Source: Octopus sinensis
Lineage: Eukaryota
Direction of reading: 5' to 3'
Assembly: GCF_006345805.1 (NCBI RefSeq)
Contig: NC_043013.1
Coordinates: 32,364,001-32,428,000 of the forward strand
Length of the DNA: 64,000 nt
Translations under genes and position numbers: made by a program
Notes under the pieces: generated by a model
Database searches by the model: none
Told to the model about the DNA's origin: nothing
What the model saw: only the letters and a program-made list of their open reading frames with translations
Shown here: one piece after another, positions 39,653 to 52,711 of the stretch
How the letters are laid out: each line of letters opens with the position of its first letter
How positions within the stretch are numbered: the stretch's first letter is position 1

Positions 39653-42600
39653 ATGCATGTACGTGTGTATAAGTATATACATATATATTCAGATATATAT
39701 ATACATATATGTGTGTATATATATATTTACATTTGTGTGTATGTGTGTATAGTACACTCATACCCACACACACACATATAATATATACAGGCATATACAG
39801 ACAGAGGTATGAGTATATATATATAAAGATAAGCATATGCACACACATATATATATCTATACTATACGATACACATGTGTGTATGCGTATGCATATATGT
39901 ACACTCACACACACACATATATAGATAAAGATACGTTTGTATAAGAATTTGTTGGGTATGTATATACGTATATATATATATGTGTGTGTGTGCGTGTGTG
40001 TGGGTGTTTGAGCGCGTACTTATAAATACATTGGTATGTGTGTGTATATGTATGTATGCATGCATGCATGTGTGTATTATGATTTCAGTAAGACGTAGAT
40101 GAAAAGTTGTGCAGTGAAAGCTTAACAAAGTAGATAGTAATGTTATTTTTATCATTATTTGTTCATCGTAAGATTTTTTCTAAGTTTTTTTGTTTTTTTT
40201 TTTTACATTTATCTGTTGACAATAAGGGAATATCTGCACTGTAAAATGGATATGACGGATTCATACAGTGTTAAATATAAAAGCAATTTGCTATAAGGTA
40301 TCATCTAAAAGATTATGACAGCTTATGTGAAGGTTATCGTGAAGTTGTTCTCATGATAAGTATTCTATTTTCCAATCTTTTCCTTTTTCTTTTTGGCCAT
40401 CTGCCTTACAGCATATCAGCTTGTCTATGCTTGCTTTTTTACCATAGTTTCTTTGAATTTTTTTTTTTTTTTTTTTTTTGTAGCTTAGTAGATAAGAATT
40501 GTTAGCTAGGGCCTATCTCAACCCTCCTCGATTCGTGAAGGAAATGGACATTGTTGTTTGACATACGTGATTGTCTCACGGCACTACTTAACCGTTCCTG
40601 AAAGAGTAGAAAAAGAGGAAAAGCGGGATAGGGAAAAGAAACAACACCGATATCTAACTGGTACGTTATTTATCGACCCTGGAATAATAAAAGCCCAATG
40701 ATGATTTTAGGAGGATTTGAACTCGGTGAGCAGAGATCCGGAAAAATTGCTAGTTGGCAATTGCTCATCTTAACGAATTTATGTATATTTCTTAGCTGTA
40801 TCCGTGAGTGAGCAAAGATGTTTCTGATAATGGTTTTAGAAGCTATCACAGGTTGTGAAATGATAATTTACAAACGCCGTATCGAAATTTGAAGCTGTCA
40901 ATCATTCTTAGAAAGTCGAGGATAATTAGCTGTCAGACTCACAACAAAAGAGTCACTATTCGTATCTCGTTATTCCTTTAGACACATCTCAACGTTGTAA
41001 GCATTAGAATCATTTTATAACTAATAAATGTTTCTTTCCGTTAGTTTCATTTGGTACTGAGATAGAGAAAAGTATAGCATTCCAAGTTATTTTTCCCAGG
41101 GTGATCCTTAAGCTTGAAGGACAGAACTTAAGGAAGGTCGTGTAGTTAGTTGATTGAACCAATAGAAGGAGAGACATTTTCGTAAGATATTTATAGAGTG
41201 GGAAACGATAACGTTGACATTTTCGGGTTTTCCGAGTATGGAAAGTTTGATGCGGTTCAAATATATGCACACCATTGATGTGTCGGTGAGTGACCTTCTT
41301 CTGAGAAAAGTCCCTTTAAGTAATTTCTACCAATCTATAAAATTGAACCTTTAACTGTCTTCTTACATTTCATTTCCACTTCATATATCTATTTCCGCGC
41401 TTTTAAGCTTTATAACCATTCATCTATCGCACTATATTTCTCCACTCTTAATTTTCTGTTAATTTCTTTTTCTCTCCTTCTCTTTCTCTAAATTGCTTTT
41501 GACGTTAAATCTATCAACTTGCTAGCGTTTCCCTTCATCATATACGCGGTAATCACATTCGGTTAAAATGGCTATTCGTGTGTTTTGTTTCTCTTTTCTT
41601 CCCTGAGAAGATGATTGCATTGTTTTACATCATTTTATTCCCTCCGGAATAATATCAATGTTTTCCTCGAAACATAAGTCGGACGTATAAAGATTTGAAT
41701 AACACCTGCGTTTAACTCCATTTCTTAATTCATCTGTTATACAAAAACATTTCACTTAACCCTAGAATGTCTACCTTTATAAGTAGGCTGTAACATCCTT
41801 GGCACTTATGTGAACTTTTGCTACCCTGCTAACTATTTTTTTCCGTGTTATTTGTACACATTTAAAAGATACACATACATTTATATATATATATATAAAT
41901 AGGCACAGGAGTTGCTGTGGTAAGTAGCTTGCTTACCAACCACATGGTTCCGAGTTCAGTGGATTTGGTAGACGGAAACTGAAAGAAGCCCATAGTATAT
42001 ATGTATATATACAAGACAAGGTACTTAACTCATGTTAGCAAACTTACGGATTTCACCGACGAGAAAATTGGTAAAAGTTAGGGTTGAAAATTCTGCGACA
42101 CGTTAATTAGCCAATTACATCCGGTAGTGGAGCCTTGGTTTTGGAGTTCCAGCGTTTTGAGGAGCGTGGAACTACCGCTTAGCTGCTTTTGTTCCAAGGT
42201 CTACTTTGACCTGAAATAGTAGTACCTATCTTGAGCCCAGCTATGAGTTAATTAACCATTTCATGGAATTGCCTTCGGAAGAAAGTCCCTCTCAGGCACA
42301 CCAGCGGACCCAATGGCTGATGCCCTTCAGCTCTTTAGCTGCTCATCAAAGAGAAGACAACTCCTTACAAATTCTACGTTCTGATAACTACTAGGCTCTT
42401 GGCACATATTGCACCAGATCAATACAAGTTTGAAGGATGATATAGTGAAACTGACTCAGCATAAATCATGCATACAATAATAATATTCATCGCGCAGGTT
42501 GTTCAGCAAACCAAGACATCAGCACCAGCTCTATCGCATTTTCTTTATAATTCCAATGGAAACTTTAAACTAAGGACACTGCACAGCTTTGTCTTGCTGA

Positions 42601-42890
42601 ATCTTCATTAATCGAAGCGACGATCGAGTCCATCATTGAAATAAAGACAGTTGAGCAAAACAAAGGTGAGTTTAATATAAATCAAAAATCGAAATTGTGG
42701 ATATCTTATTATTTATTTACATAATTTACATTTGACGGATATTTGCCTTAAATATAGAATTTAGATATAGAACCTTATTACTGTTCATATATTTTCTATA
42801 GCATTCATTTTAACCTGAATTCATACATACATACATACATACATACATACATACATACATACATACATACATACATACATACATACATAC

Positions 42891-43363
42891 AAGCTCAGCG
42901 AAAACCAAAATACCTATGCTGAATTATTGAGAAATATACACTTACCCTTTCCAGATTAAAGTTCAGGTTTTTACCTGTAATTATTGCGGCCCTGGGATAT
43001 ATACCACATTGCCTAAGTACCAATCTTGAGAAATTAGGCTTCTCAAAACCAGAAAGGATAAAGACTACAGATCCAAGCTATCACTGGAACTGTAAAAGTC
43101 TGGAGAACTTTCCAGAAGTGTATCATGTAAGTATAAATGCGCATGTCTAGACATGCAACCATGCAACTATATACATGAGAATACATACATAAAACAAAAC
43201 ATGCAAATCTGCACATGCATTGACTCTAAATACTGCACATATACACATCCATGCGCAAGTACACTGTTGATGTTGTTGAAATTCCATTAAAGAAGCTTGG
43301 ATCTAGGTTAGAAACCGGTTCTTTCGCTATTGGCAAGAAATCTTGAAACATAACTGAATAATG
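42891..43363 (+). mobile_element. R4-like RLE retrotransposon 3' fragment in (TACA)n
   Basis: Translates YAELLRN..PD*.FRFLPVIIAALGYIPHCL.TNLEKLGFSKP..IQAITGTVK. Homologous to 61445-61760 and flanked by TACA repeats on both sides. Confidence 0.8.
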
Positions 43364-43383
43364 ACATACATACATACACACAC

Positions 43384-43543
<160 letters not shown>

Positions 43544-44724
43544 TGAATGGATGGATATGTGTGTATATATGTTCAAATCAACACCGTGTTTACAAATACG
43601 AAAGGCATTATTTCAAGCGTTCACTTGTGTACGGTTTAATTAAGTTTGACGTGTAACTGTATACTTGACGTTAATGATTTCTTAAACTTTCATTATGATT
43701 TCTCAATGCCATTCGAGTTTGCTGTGCATCTTCAGGTTACCGTATATATTTTGGTTTGAGTAATAAAGTATTAGTTCCAATATACATTTATTGACGGCAG
43801 ATTCATGTTTTTGCATGATAAGGTTTCTGAAAAAATGGTTTACTCTATTTAATATTGATAGGGTATTCCTTTTATTTCTTTAGCTAATTTTTTAATTTTT
43901 TTTTTTTCTGCAGCGTGTCGAGTTAAACAATAGACACATACAGACACCTACATTCATGTGTGTATACGAACGCTTGTATTTGTATATGAATGATGTATAT
44001 CTGTATATAAATAGATAGACATACAGACAGACATACATGCATACAAACATACATACATACATACATACATACATACATACATACATACATACATACATAC
44101 ATACATGTATACATACATACATGTATACATACATGCAAAAGTAGATGACTTGTAGTCTAATTAAGATTGTTGTTTTCATGTTTAGACCGTAAATATAAGT
44201 TATTTTCACAGAGCGCCCATTGAGCATTTTTAGCGTGTGATTGTCATGGAGAATCGGGGACTTATTTACTGCGTTAGTTAAAACACTCCAGAAGGAAGTT
44301 ATATTCTTAAGTCATGAAAGGGTGTTGGTTGGGATGAATGAACCCGATGTTTTCCTGGGGTAAAATAGCAATAGCATTCGTCCTAACCAAGACTGTCACG
44401 CTATGTTGGCAAATAATCTTTACTCCAGAGTAAGAAACCTACCTCGTCGGACTCAGGCTTGCTATGTTCCTATAACGAGGGCATAAATCTTTAAGTTGCC
44501 AGGGCGCGAATTTTTTTTCCCACTAGTGTTCTGGATTCCAGTAATGAATTCATTTGTATACAGCCAATCAAAGCACACCTTGACCGTGTCAAGTTAACAA
44601 ACACACTCTGCCAAGTAAACTCAAGATGACGAAAGGTGTTATAAGTCAAGGCGGTAACTATTTATCTATTTTTTCCGTGTTAATTGTTAACAAGAGACAA
44701 ATATACTCATCTATTTATATATAT

Positions 44725-44762
<38 letters not shown>

Positions 44763-44811
44763 TTATATATATATATTATATATATATATATAATATATAT
44801 ATATATATATT

Positions 44812-45275
44812 CTTTTACCCTTTTACTTGTTTCAGTCATTTGACTGCGGCCATGCTGGAGTACCGCCTTTAGTCGAGGAAATCGCCCCCAGGACTTATTC
44901 TTTGTAAGCCTAGTACTTATTCTGTCGGTCTCTTTTTCCGAACCCCTAAGTTACGGGGACGCAAACACACCAACATCGGTTGTCAAGCGATGTTGGGGGG
45001 ACAAACACAGACACACAAACACACACACATATAAATACATATATACGACGGGCTTCTTTCCGTTTCCGTCTACCAAATCCACTCACAAGGCTTTGGTCGG
45101 CCTGAGGCTATAGAAGAAGACGCTTGTCCAAGGTGCCACGCAGTTGGACTGAACCCGGAACCATGCGGTTTTGTAAGGAAGTCATTTACCACACAGCCAT
45201 ATTTGTAGTCGCAGAAGTGACTGTGTAATAAGAAGCTTGTTTCCCAACCAAATGGTTCCGGGTTCAGTCTCATTG
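44812..45275 (-). mobile_element. SINE family K copy plus an extra head fragment on the plus strand
   Basis: Family K sequence on the minus strand to about 45200. A short plus-strand head follows (GTGACTGTGTAATAAGAAGCTTG..GGTTCCGGGTTCAGTC). Confidence 0.82.
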
Positions 45276-45404
45276 CAGATAAATTCCTCTATTTACATAA
45301 TATCGAGATCTCTTTCATTCTTTTGTTATAGATGTATGCGTATGTGTACGTTTGTGCGTAATGACTAAAGCTGGACAAGCAATTATACAAAGCATTGATT
45401 CATG

Positions 45405-46671
45405 TATCAGGTCATCCTATAAGTTCTGTCCGAATTTTGAATAAAGAAAACATCAATGTACTTTGTCTAATTATCTATGACTTCCTTCCATCTATTTACA
45501 AGCTTTTTAATCCCATCAATGTAACACTCTTTTGGTTTCAAAGCGAGGAACTCTGAAATGTCAGTTTCGACTCCTCCTGGCTTACGAAAGTTATGTCCCC
45601 CAAATGATTCTGTAAACTACGAAACAAATGGTAGTCTGAAGGAGCAGGGTCGGGAGAATAAGGTAGATGAGGAATTTTGATCTTCGATCTTCTGTGATGT
45701 GATCTTTGCAGTGTGGGGTCACGCATTGTCTTGATGAAACATCACACCTTTTCGATCCACTAAAGCGGGTCTTTTTTTCTTCAAAGCTTGGTTCAAATGC
45801 TCTAACTGTTGACTGTAGACTTGAGCATTGATTGTTGCATTAGGTGGTAACAATTCAAAGTGAAAGGTTCTTCTCTCTCTGGTAGGATTGCAAATTCTTT
45901 GCAATCCTACCAGAGAGAGAAGAACCTTTTTTCCATGAAGTTCCCTTCTCGGTTGTGGTTGAGCTTTTCCCCTTTTACCAAGCCACTGCTTACGACGTTT
46001 AAAATTTCGATAGAAGATCCATTTTTCGTCACTAGTCACAAGTCTATCCAAAAAGGGTGAAATGAGTTCACGAGAATGGAGAGAAGAGCAGATGTCAACT
46101 CAGGATTTGCCGTTGCTTTCGGACAATTCACGAGGCACCCATTTTCCAAGATTAGGGATCTTTCCAAGTTGTTGAAGATGACGATGAACAGTTGTATGGT
46201 TTGAACTAAGCTTTATTGCCAATTCTTCAACTGGTAATGCAGGATTTTCTTCATGTAATGCCTCAAGGAGCTTATCATCAAACTCAACTGAACGTCCTGT
46301 TCGATCTTCATCATCAAGGCTGAAATCTCCACTTCTGAATTTTGCAAATCATCTGCAAGTTCTTTCATTCAAGCATTCTTTCCTATAAACTGAATGTATG
46401 TTTCGAGTCGCTTCGGCTGTAGAGTTTCCTTTTTTGTACTCATAAAGAATTATCTGCCATAAATGCTCTTTGGATACTTCCCTGTTAGAAAGGGTTTTAA
46501 TCAAAGAAATTTTAATTCTATTATTCTGTAAAATAATATTTAATTAGTTTAAATGTACACAAACGCATAAAAATATTTTTTAGTTCCATTAGACATTCTA
46601 AAATACTATTAAATTTCATTCAATTTTAAAAAAAAGGTAAAATCGGACAGAACTTATGGGATGACTTGGTA
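45405..46671 (-). mobile_element. Full-length defective mariner (D,D34D) transposon
   Basis: TIRs TATCAGGTCATCCTATAAGTTCTGTCCG / CGGACAGAACTTATGGGATGACTTGGTA. Transposase motifs WVPREL, LVTSDEKW, HQDNA, PYSPDPAPSDYHLF. The start codon appears mutated (AGG at 46483), with stops and frameshifts. Confidence 0.95.
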
Positions 46672-46682
46672 TAAACGGTATT

Positions 46683-46781
46683 ACATATTTGAGGAAGAAA
46701 TCTATAGTCTTTGATAGATCTTTAGAGCTATTTCAAAAATTCAGCGGCTGTTTGATACAATATTCTCTCTCTATATATATA

Positions 46782-46874
<93 letters not shown>

Positions 46875-47365
46875 CTCTCCGTCGTTTACGACGAGGGTTC
46901 CAGCTGTTCCGATCAATGGAAGAGTCTACTCGCAGAATTGATGTGCAAGTGGCTGAGCACTCCACAGACATGCGTACCCTTAACACAGTTTTCAAAGAGA
47001 TTCAGCGTGACACAGAATGCGACAAGGCTGGCCGTTTGAAATACAGTTACAACTTATTTTTGTCAACTGAATGAACTGGATCAACATGAAATAAAATGTC
47101 TTGTTCAAGGACAGAACTCTACGCGCCGCCCATAATCGAACTCACGTCCTTACAACCGTGGGCTGAATACACTAACCACTAAGCCATGTGCGTTCACGAT
47201 AATAAAAAAAAAGTAGAAATTGTTATCAACTATTAAACATGATACATCAAGATATTCGAGCTGGAAGCCCCGAAGAACCAAACTTTCTCATCAGCCGCTG
47301 AATTTTCGAAACAGTTGTAAAGATCTCTCAATGATTATTATATTTTTCCTTTACCACATATGATC
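46683..47365. mobile_element. Degenerate inverted-repeat element split by (CT)n and a SINE
   Basis: AGATCTTTAGAGCTATTTCAAAAATTCAGCGGCTG (about 46717) pairs with CAGCCGCTGAATTTTCGAAACAGTTGTAAAGATCT (about 47292). Confidence 0.55.
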
Positions 47366-47660
47366 ATGTTTCAATAAAGTCTTTTTATAAAGAATTTAAT
47401 GCTATACATAATTGCTTGTCCATCTGAATTCTCATTATTATGTGCTCAAGCTATACGTTTCTTATAGCTAACTCTTCTTTCGCTGGACTATTTTCTTCTC
47501 ATTACGTCGCTGAATTTTAACGATCTGGACTTGCTCTGACACTAATCCGATGCTTAATCTATACTACGCTGAACTAACGTCTCGTGATATTGTATGTATG
47601 TATGTATTACGGATGTACGGATGTATGTATGTATGTATTTTCGTATGTATCTGTATGTAT

Positions 47661-47730
<70 letters not shown>

Positions 47731-47870
47731 AGAAGAAAAGATAGATATAGACATAGGTACATTATATATATGTAGACAGATATAGAGATAAAATACACAT
47801 ACACACACATATTCATTTATGCATTTACATGCAAGTACATATACATGCATATATACATGCACACACATAT

Positions 47871-47919
<49 letters not shown>

Positions 47920-48396
47920 TATATACATACATATATATATACACATATATATATATATAGGGTGTGTATGTATATATATATAAGTATATATCAGGCAGCA
48001 AAATACACTACAATTTCCTCTGATCGATTCAGGTATTATTCACCAAAGTTCTCAAGTAGTTCTTAGACAAAATAAATATGAGTCAAGACATAAGTCTCTA
48101 TGAAATCGATAAATGGATAGATCTAACTTAAAATATACGACATAAAGAGCAAGCATGGAATTAAATATCATCAAATAACTTCCATAAATCTACGCATATG
48201 TGTGAATACGTACGTACGTACGAACAAACGGAAATGGATGCGTTGATGTATGCGCGTGTGTTCGCGTGTATAAACATATATGTATAGATATATATGTAGT
48301 GTGTGTGTGTGTATGCATGTGCGATTGTAAATGTGTGGCTGTGTGTACGTCTGTATGGTTGCGTAAGTGCTATTAATATCTATTAACGCGAGCCTT

Positions 48397-48447
<51 letters not shown>

Positions 48448-48455
48448 ATATACAT

Positions 48456-48497
<42 letters not shown>

Positions 48498-48693
48498 TAT
48501 ATGTACATATATTTATATATATACTTGATATGTGTGTGCGTATACATATGTATTAACATACAGACATATGTGTGTGTGTGTGTGTGTGTAGTGCGTGTGT
48601 GTATACATAGCGACATACAAACATACATACGTATAGATATACATGTGCATGCACACTGAAGCACACTCGAACACAGATGTATTTAACATACAC

Positions 48694-48744
<51 letters not shown>

Positions 48745-49539
48745 GCGACATGCAAACATACATACGTACATATAGATATACGTGCACGCATGCACATCAA
48801 AGCACACTCAAACACACACACACGCACATATCCAAAAACACCCACATATACACACACTCGTGTGTCTGCATTTCCCCTCATTGCCTCGCTTTATTGCTAA
48901 CACAAATGAAAAAAAAAATGTTCAAAAACTAAATGACTAAACATTTTCTTTTGACATAATAAAATCTGAGCCTTTATAAGAAAGTCGATGATAAAGTTCA
49001 ATGGAATAATGTTTAGAAAGTTGTCGTTTGCTCGCTGGTCTGCGAGATAGATTAACTTATCGCTTCAACTGTTTCCTCTTACTTTCATCTCGTTCGTTTT
49101 GCCCTTAGACAATTCGTTCTCGTTTAAATTTCTTTTTTCCTCGGTAAGCTCTTTAATATATATATTTTTTCTCTGGATATATTCCAATATGTGATGTACC
49201 CTAAAATGAGTTTCATTTCCAAGCGTAACATCTCTATCTTATCTGGGAATTACTGGTTTACCATTCTCACCTCTGATATTTCAAAATACCAAGGAAGCGA
49301 TTATAAATAGTGATTTCTATTGAAATTTTTAGCTTTCTCAGCGACATCTAGACGGTTCTATAAAGTACGCTATATCTATCATTTGCTTGCTCTTCTACAA
49401 AACACACTTTTGGTCTCTCACGCTTAGGATTTCGTCAAAACTTTAGTTGCCATATTTACATCGGTTAAAGCCTTCGTCGCAATCGAATACGAAAGCTTAT
49501 CATTATATTATTTTTGGCATCTTCTTTTTTTTTTATATT

Positions 49540-49767
49540 GTATTGGTTTCAGTCACTGGACTGCGGCCATACTGGGGCACCACCTTGTAGGCTTTTAGTC
49601 GAACAAATCGTTCCCGGTAATTAATTTTTTAAGTCCAGTACTCATTCTATTAATCTCTTCTGTCGAACCGCTCAGTTACCGAGACAAACAAACCGGTTGT
49701 CAAGCGTTGAAAAGACACACACATATGTATATTTATATTTGTGTATATATATGTGTATGTGTTCGCG

Positions 49768-49814
<47 letters not shown>

Positions 49815-49985
49815 GCGTATATACATATATGAGTGTGTGTGTATTTCCGTCGACCAAATTCACTCACAAGGCATTGGTCGGTTCGGGGACATAGCAGATG
49901 ACACTTGCCTAAGGTGCCGTGAAGTGGGACTGGACCCGAATCTCCGTGCTTACGAAGCGAACTTCATAACCACGCAGCCACGTCT
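49540..49985 (-). mobile_element. Older SINE family K copy
   Basis: GTTTCAGTCACTGGACTGCGGCCATACTGG tail through ACCACGCAGCCAC head. Confidence 0.75.
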
Positions 49986-50405
49986 GAGTCTACTGGGTTA
50001 TATTTCTCACAGATATTAGACCAAATTTACATTCCTATACAGCTACCACCACGCTTCAAGACCTCAGGATTTTTACAGAGACAATTCGCAGATCTGCGGT
50101 TCGCATTTCTTCTATGAAAATCATCGAAAATATCCTGCAATGGCGTTATAACAACCCAGACGCAAAGAATATAAAGAGAAGAGAAACAATCGCGCAATCT
50201 CACAAACCGACGCAGTATGAATATTGGTTTCGAATTTTGACACAAGGCCAGCAATTTCGGGGGAGATGTCGTGACGATTACATTAACCCCAGTACTCAAT
50301 TGGTACTTATTTTATCGATCGCTGATACGGTGAAGACAAAGTACATTTCAGCAGAATTTGAACTTACACACGCACACATATATATGTGTCTGTGTGTGTG
50401 AGTTC

Positions 50406-50440
<35 letters not shown>

Positions 50441-50534
50441 CATATATGTAGACGGACGAAATGCCACTAAGTATTCTGTTCGGCGTGCTAACGATTCTGC
50501 CAGCTCGCCACCTTATAATAAATAATAATAATGA

Positions 50535-50585
<51 letters not shown>

Positions 50586-50674
50586 TGTTATGTTTTTGTC
50601 AAATTTTCCGTTTGTTTTGTCCATTTTATTTAATCCTGAAAATACAATTTCTGTAACGCAATGCACTCCTTTTT

Positions 50675-50710
<36 letters not shown>

Positions 50711-50719
50711 TATTTTTAC

Positions 50720-51230
50720 ATATATCTGTCTGTCTTTCTCTCCCTCTCGTTCTCTTTTTCTCCCTCTCGTTACTCACACGTGACCAGCGTTCACTATTTT
50801 CCTCTCGTTCAGGACTAACGACCCTCCTTGGTGGTTTTCGTTCGGTTTTCTTGTATGTCTCCACTGTCATGTTTTTGTTCTCAACTTTCACCCCCCCCCC
50901 CCATAAATGCAAAATTTTATTTTGGAATTTATGAGAGCAACTGCCTTTGAAGGCTCATAGTGTAGCTGAATGCTCGAAATGAGTAGATAGACAGCCGACA
51001 ACTGATGAAGGTTGTTTTCACACTTCATGTTGTTTACACAGTTGGTGACGTCCTATCTTTCGCGATTTTCTTCCTCCGTCTTCCTTCCTTTGGACTTTCC
51101 TCTGTTTCTGAAGAAGAGCATGGCTCGAAACGTTGAATCCTCTTTCCTTCCTTTCCTGAGCGTCTGATAATACACTACTTGTACCACGTCCTCGCGTTAT
51201 TGTTTTTTCTTGTTTGTTCTTCTTTGTTTG
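50720..51230 (+). mobile_element. Penelope-like terminal region with a canonical-core minimal hammerhead motif
   Basis: TTT-CTGAAGA-AGAGC-ATG-GCTC-GAAAC-GTT-GAA at 51105-51137, followed by TTCCTGAGCGT..ATAC..TTGTACCAC as in the 15922 family. Confidence 0.6.
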
Positions 51231-51269
51231 ATGATGATGATGATGATGATGTGTTATGTTTTATATATA

Positions 51270-51460
51270 TAAAAACAAAAGACGAAGGCAGGTGGAGTAC
51301 AAACAAACAAATGTATTAGTATGACGCTCAGGAATAGAAATAGAACAAGTCTTTTACGTTTCGAGCCTACGCTCTTCGACAGAAAGATACACAGAAAAGA
51401 AACAAGGGGAGGTGAAACTAAGGAGAGAAAAATGCGTGTTAGGAGCTAACGGTCTATCAT
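51270..51460 (-). mobile_element. pLTR-like hammerhead repeat copy
   Basis: Reverse complement of 51351-51386 is CTTT-CTGTCGA-AGAGC-GTAG-GCTC-GAAAC-GTA-AAAG. Confidence 0.72.
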
Positions 51461-51482
51461 ATATATATTATATATTATATTC

Positions 51483-51858
51483 CTTTTACTTGTTTCAGTC
51501 ATTTGACTGCGGCCATGCTGGAACATCGCCTTTAGTCGAACAAATCGACCCCAGGAATTATTCTTTGTAAGCCTAGTACTTATTCTATCGGTTCCTTTTG
51601 CCGAACCGCTATGTTACGGGGACGTAAACACACCAGTATCTATTGCCATACGTTGTTGGGGGACACACATACAGAAATATATATATATATGTACGACGGG
51701 CTTCTTTCAGTTTCCGTCTACCAAATCCACTCACAAGGCTTTGGTCGACCCGAGGCTATAGTAGAAGACACCTGCCCAAGGTGCCACGCAGTGGGACTGA
51801 ACCCGGAACCATGTGGTTGGTAAGCAAGCTATCTACTACACAGCCACTCCTGCGCCTA
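51483..51858 (-). mobile_element. SINE family K copy
   Basis: Full head-body-tail on the minus strand. Confidence 0.88.
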
Positions 51859-51865
51859 TATATAT

Positions 51866-52711
51866 GGGATCCTGAGAAAAGCCCCTCCGACAAAAGCCCC
51901 AGGGTTATATTTTTCGGTTATTCTTTTTCTTTCACCTTTTTACTTGTTTCATTCATTAGACAGCGGCCATGATAGAGCACCGCCTTGAAGAATTTTTAGT
52001 TGAACGTATCGACGCCAGAATTTTATTTTTTATTTTTACTTGTTGCAGTTATTAGACAGCGGCCATTCTGGGGCACCGCCTTGAATAATTTTTGATCGCA
52101 GAAAAATCAGTATTTTAAAATTTTAATTCAAAGTCTTTTTTCTTCTCTCAGCACTTACAGATTAATGAGAATGAATTGACCTTTTGAACTTTCTCCGGCC
52201 GTTGAAGGTCTAACAGAATGTGGCACCAAAGGCTAGTCATTCAAACGTACTTCTTATGGCTTTTGTTTCTACACATTTCTTGAAGTAAATAGTTTCCCTT
52301 TTGTTAGAAGTCAGACAATCTGTAAAGAGTCTTGTGTTCTGTTATTCTACTTATTTATTTTCGGTTGAATATATTTTGTTTACTTAAAAATTGGAATTTT
52401 TGAAAATAAAAGCTTTTTTTACAACCGTGATTTCCGTTTTTGTTTTACGTGAAATTATTCTTAAAACAATCTTTTAAGATTTGGCTGTTATTTCTAGCAT
52501 GTGGTGAGACCTTCTAAGCTTAATTGCATGTACTGGTTGAAAATCACCTAAAACTGACTAAAAATTTCCTGGAAGTGGTGCCCCAGCATAGCCACAGATT
52601 AATGACTGCAGTAAGTAATAAGAAGGAAAAACGAAAAAAATAACCGAAAACTAAAACCATGGGGCTTTTGTCCGAAGGGCTTTTGTCCGAGGAGGCTTTT
52701 GTCCGGATCCC
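51866..52711. mobile_element. Non-autonomous DNA transposon with GGGATCC termini and subterminal CCGACAAAAGCCC-type repeats
   Basis: Left GGGATCCTGAGAAAAGCCCCTCCGACAAAAGCCCC, right GGGGCTTTTGTCCGAAGGGCTTTTGTCCGAGGAGGCTTTTGTCCGGATCCC. Inserted in (AT)n. Confidence 0.82.

Noticed and set aside
50364-50912. 182-aa ORF with a poly-His run
   Set aside because: The His run comes from a (GAT)n microsatellite; the rest is repeat sequence.
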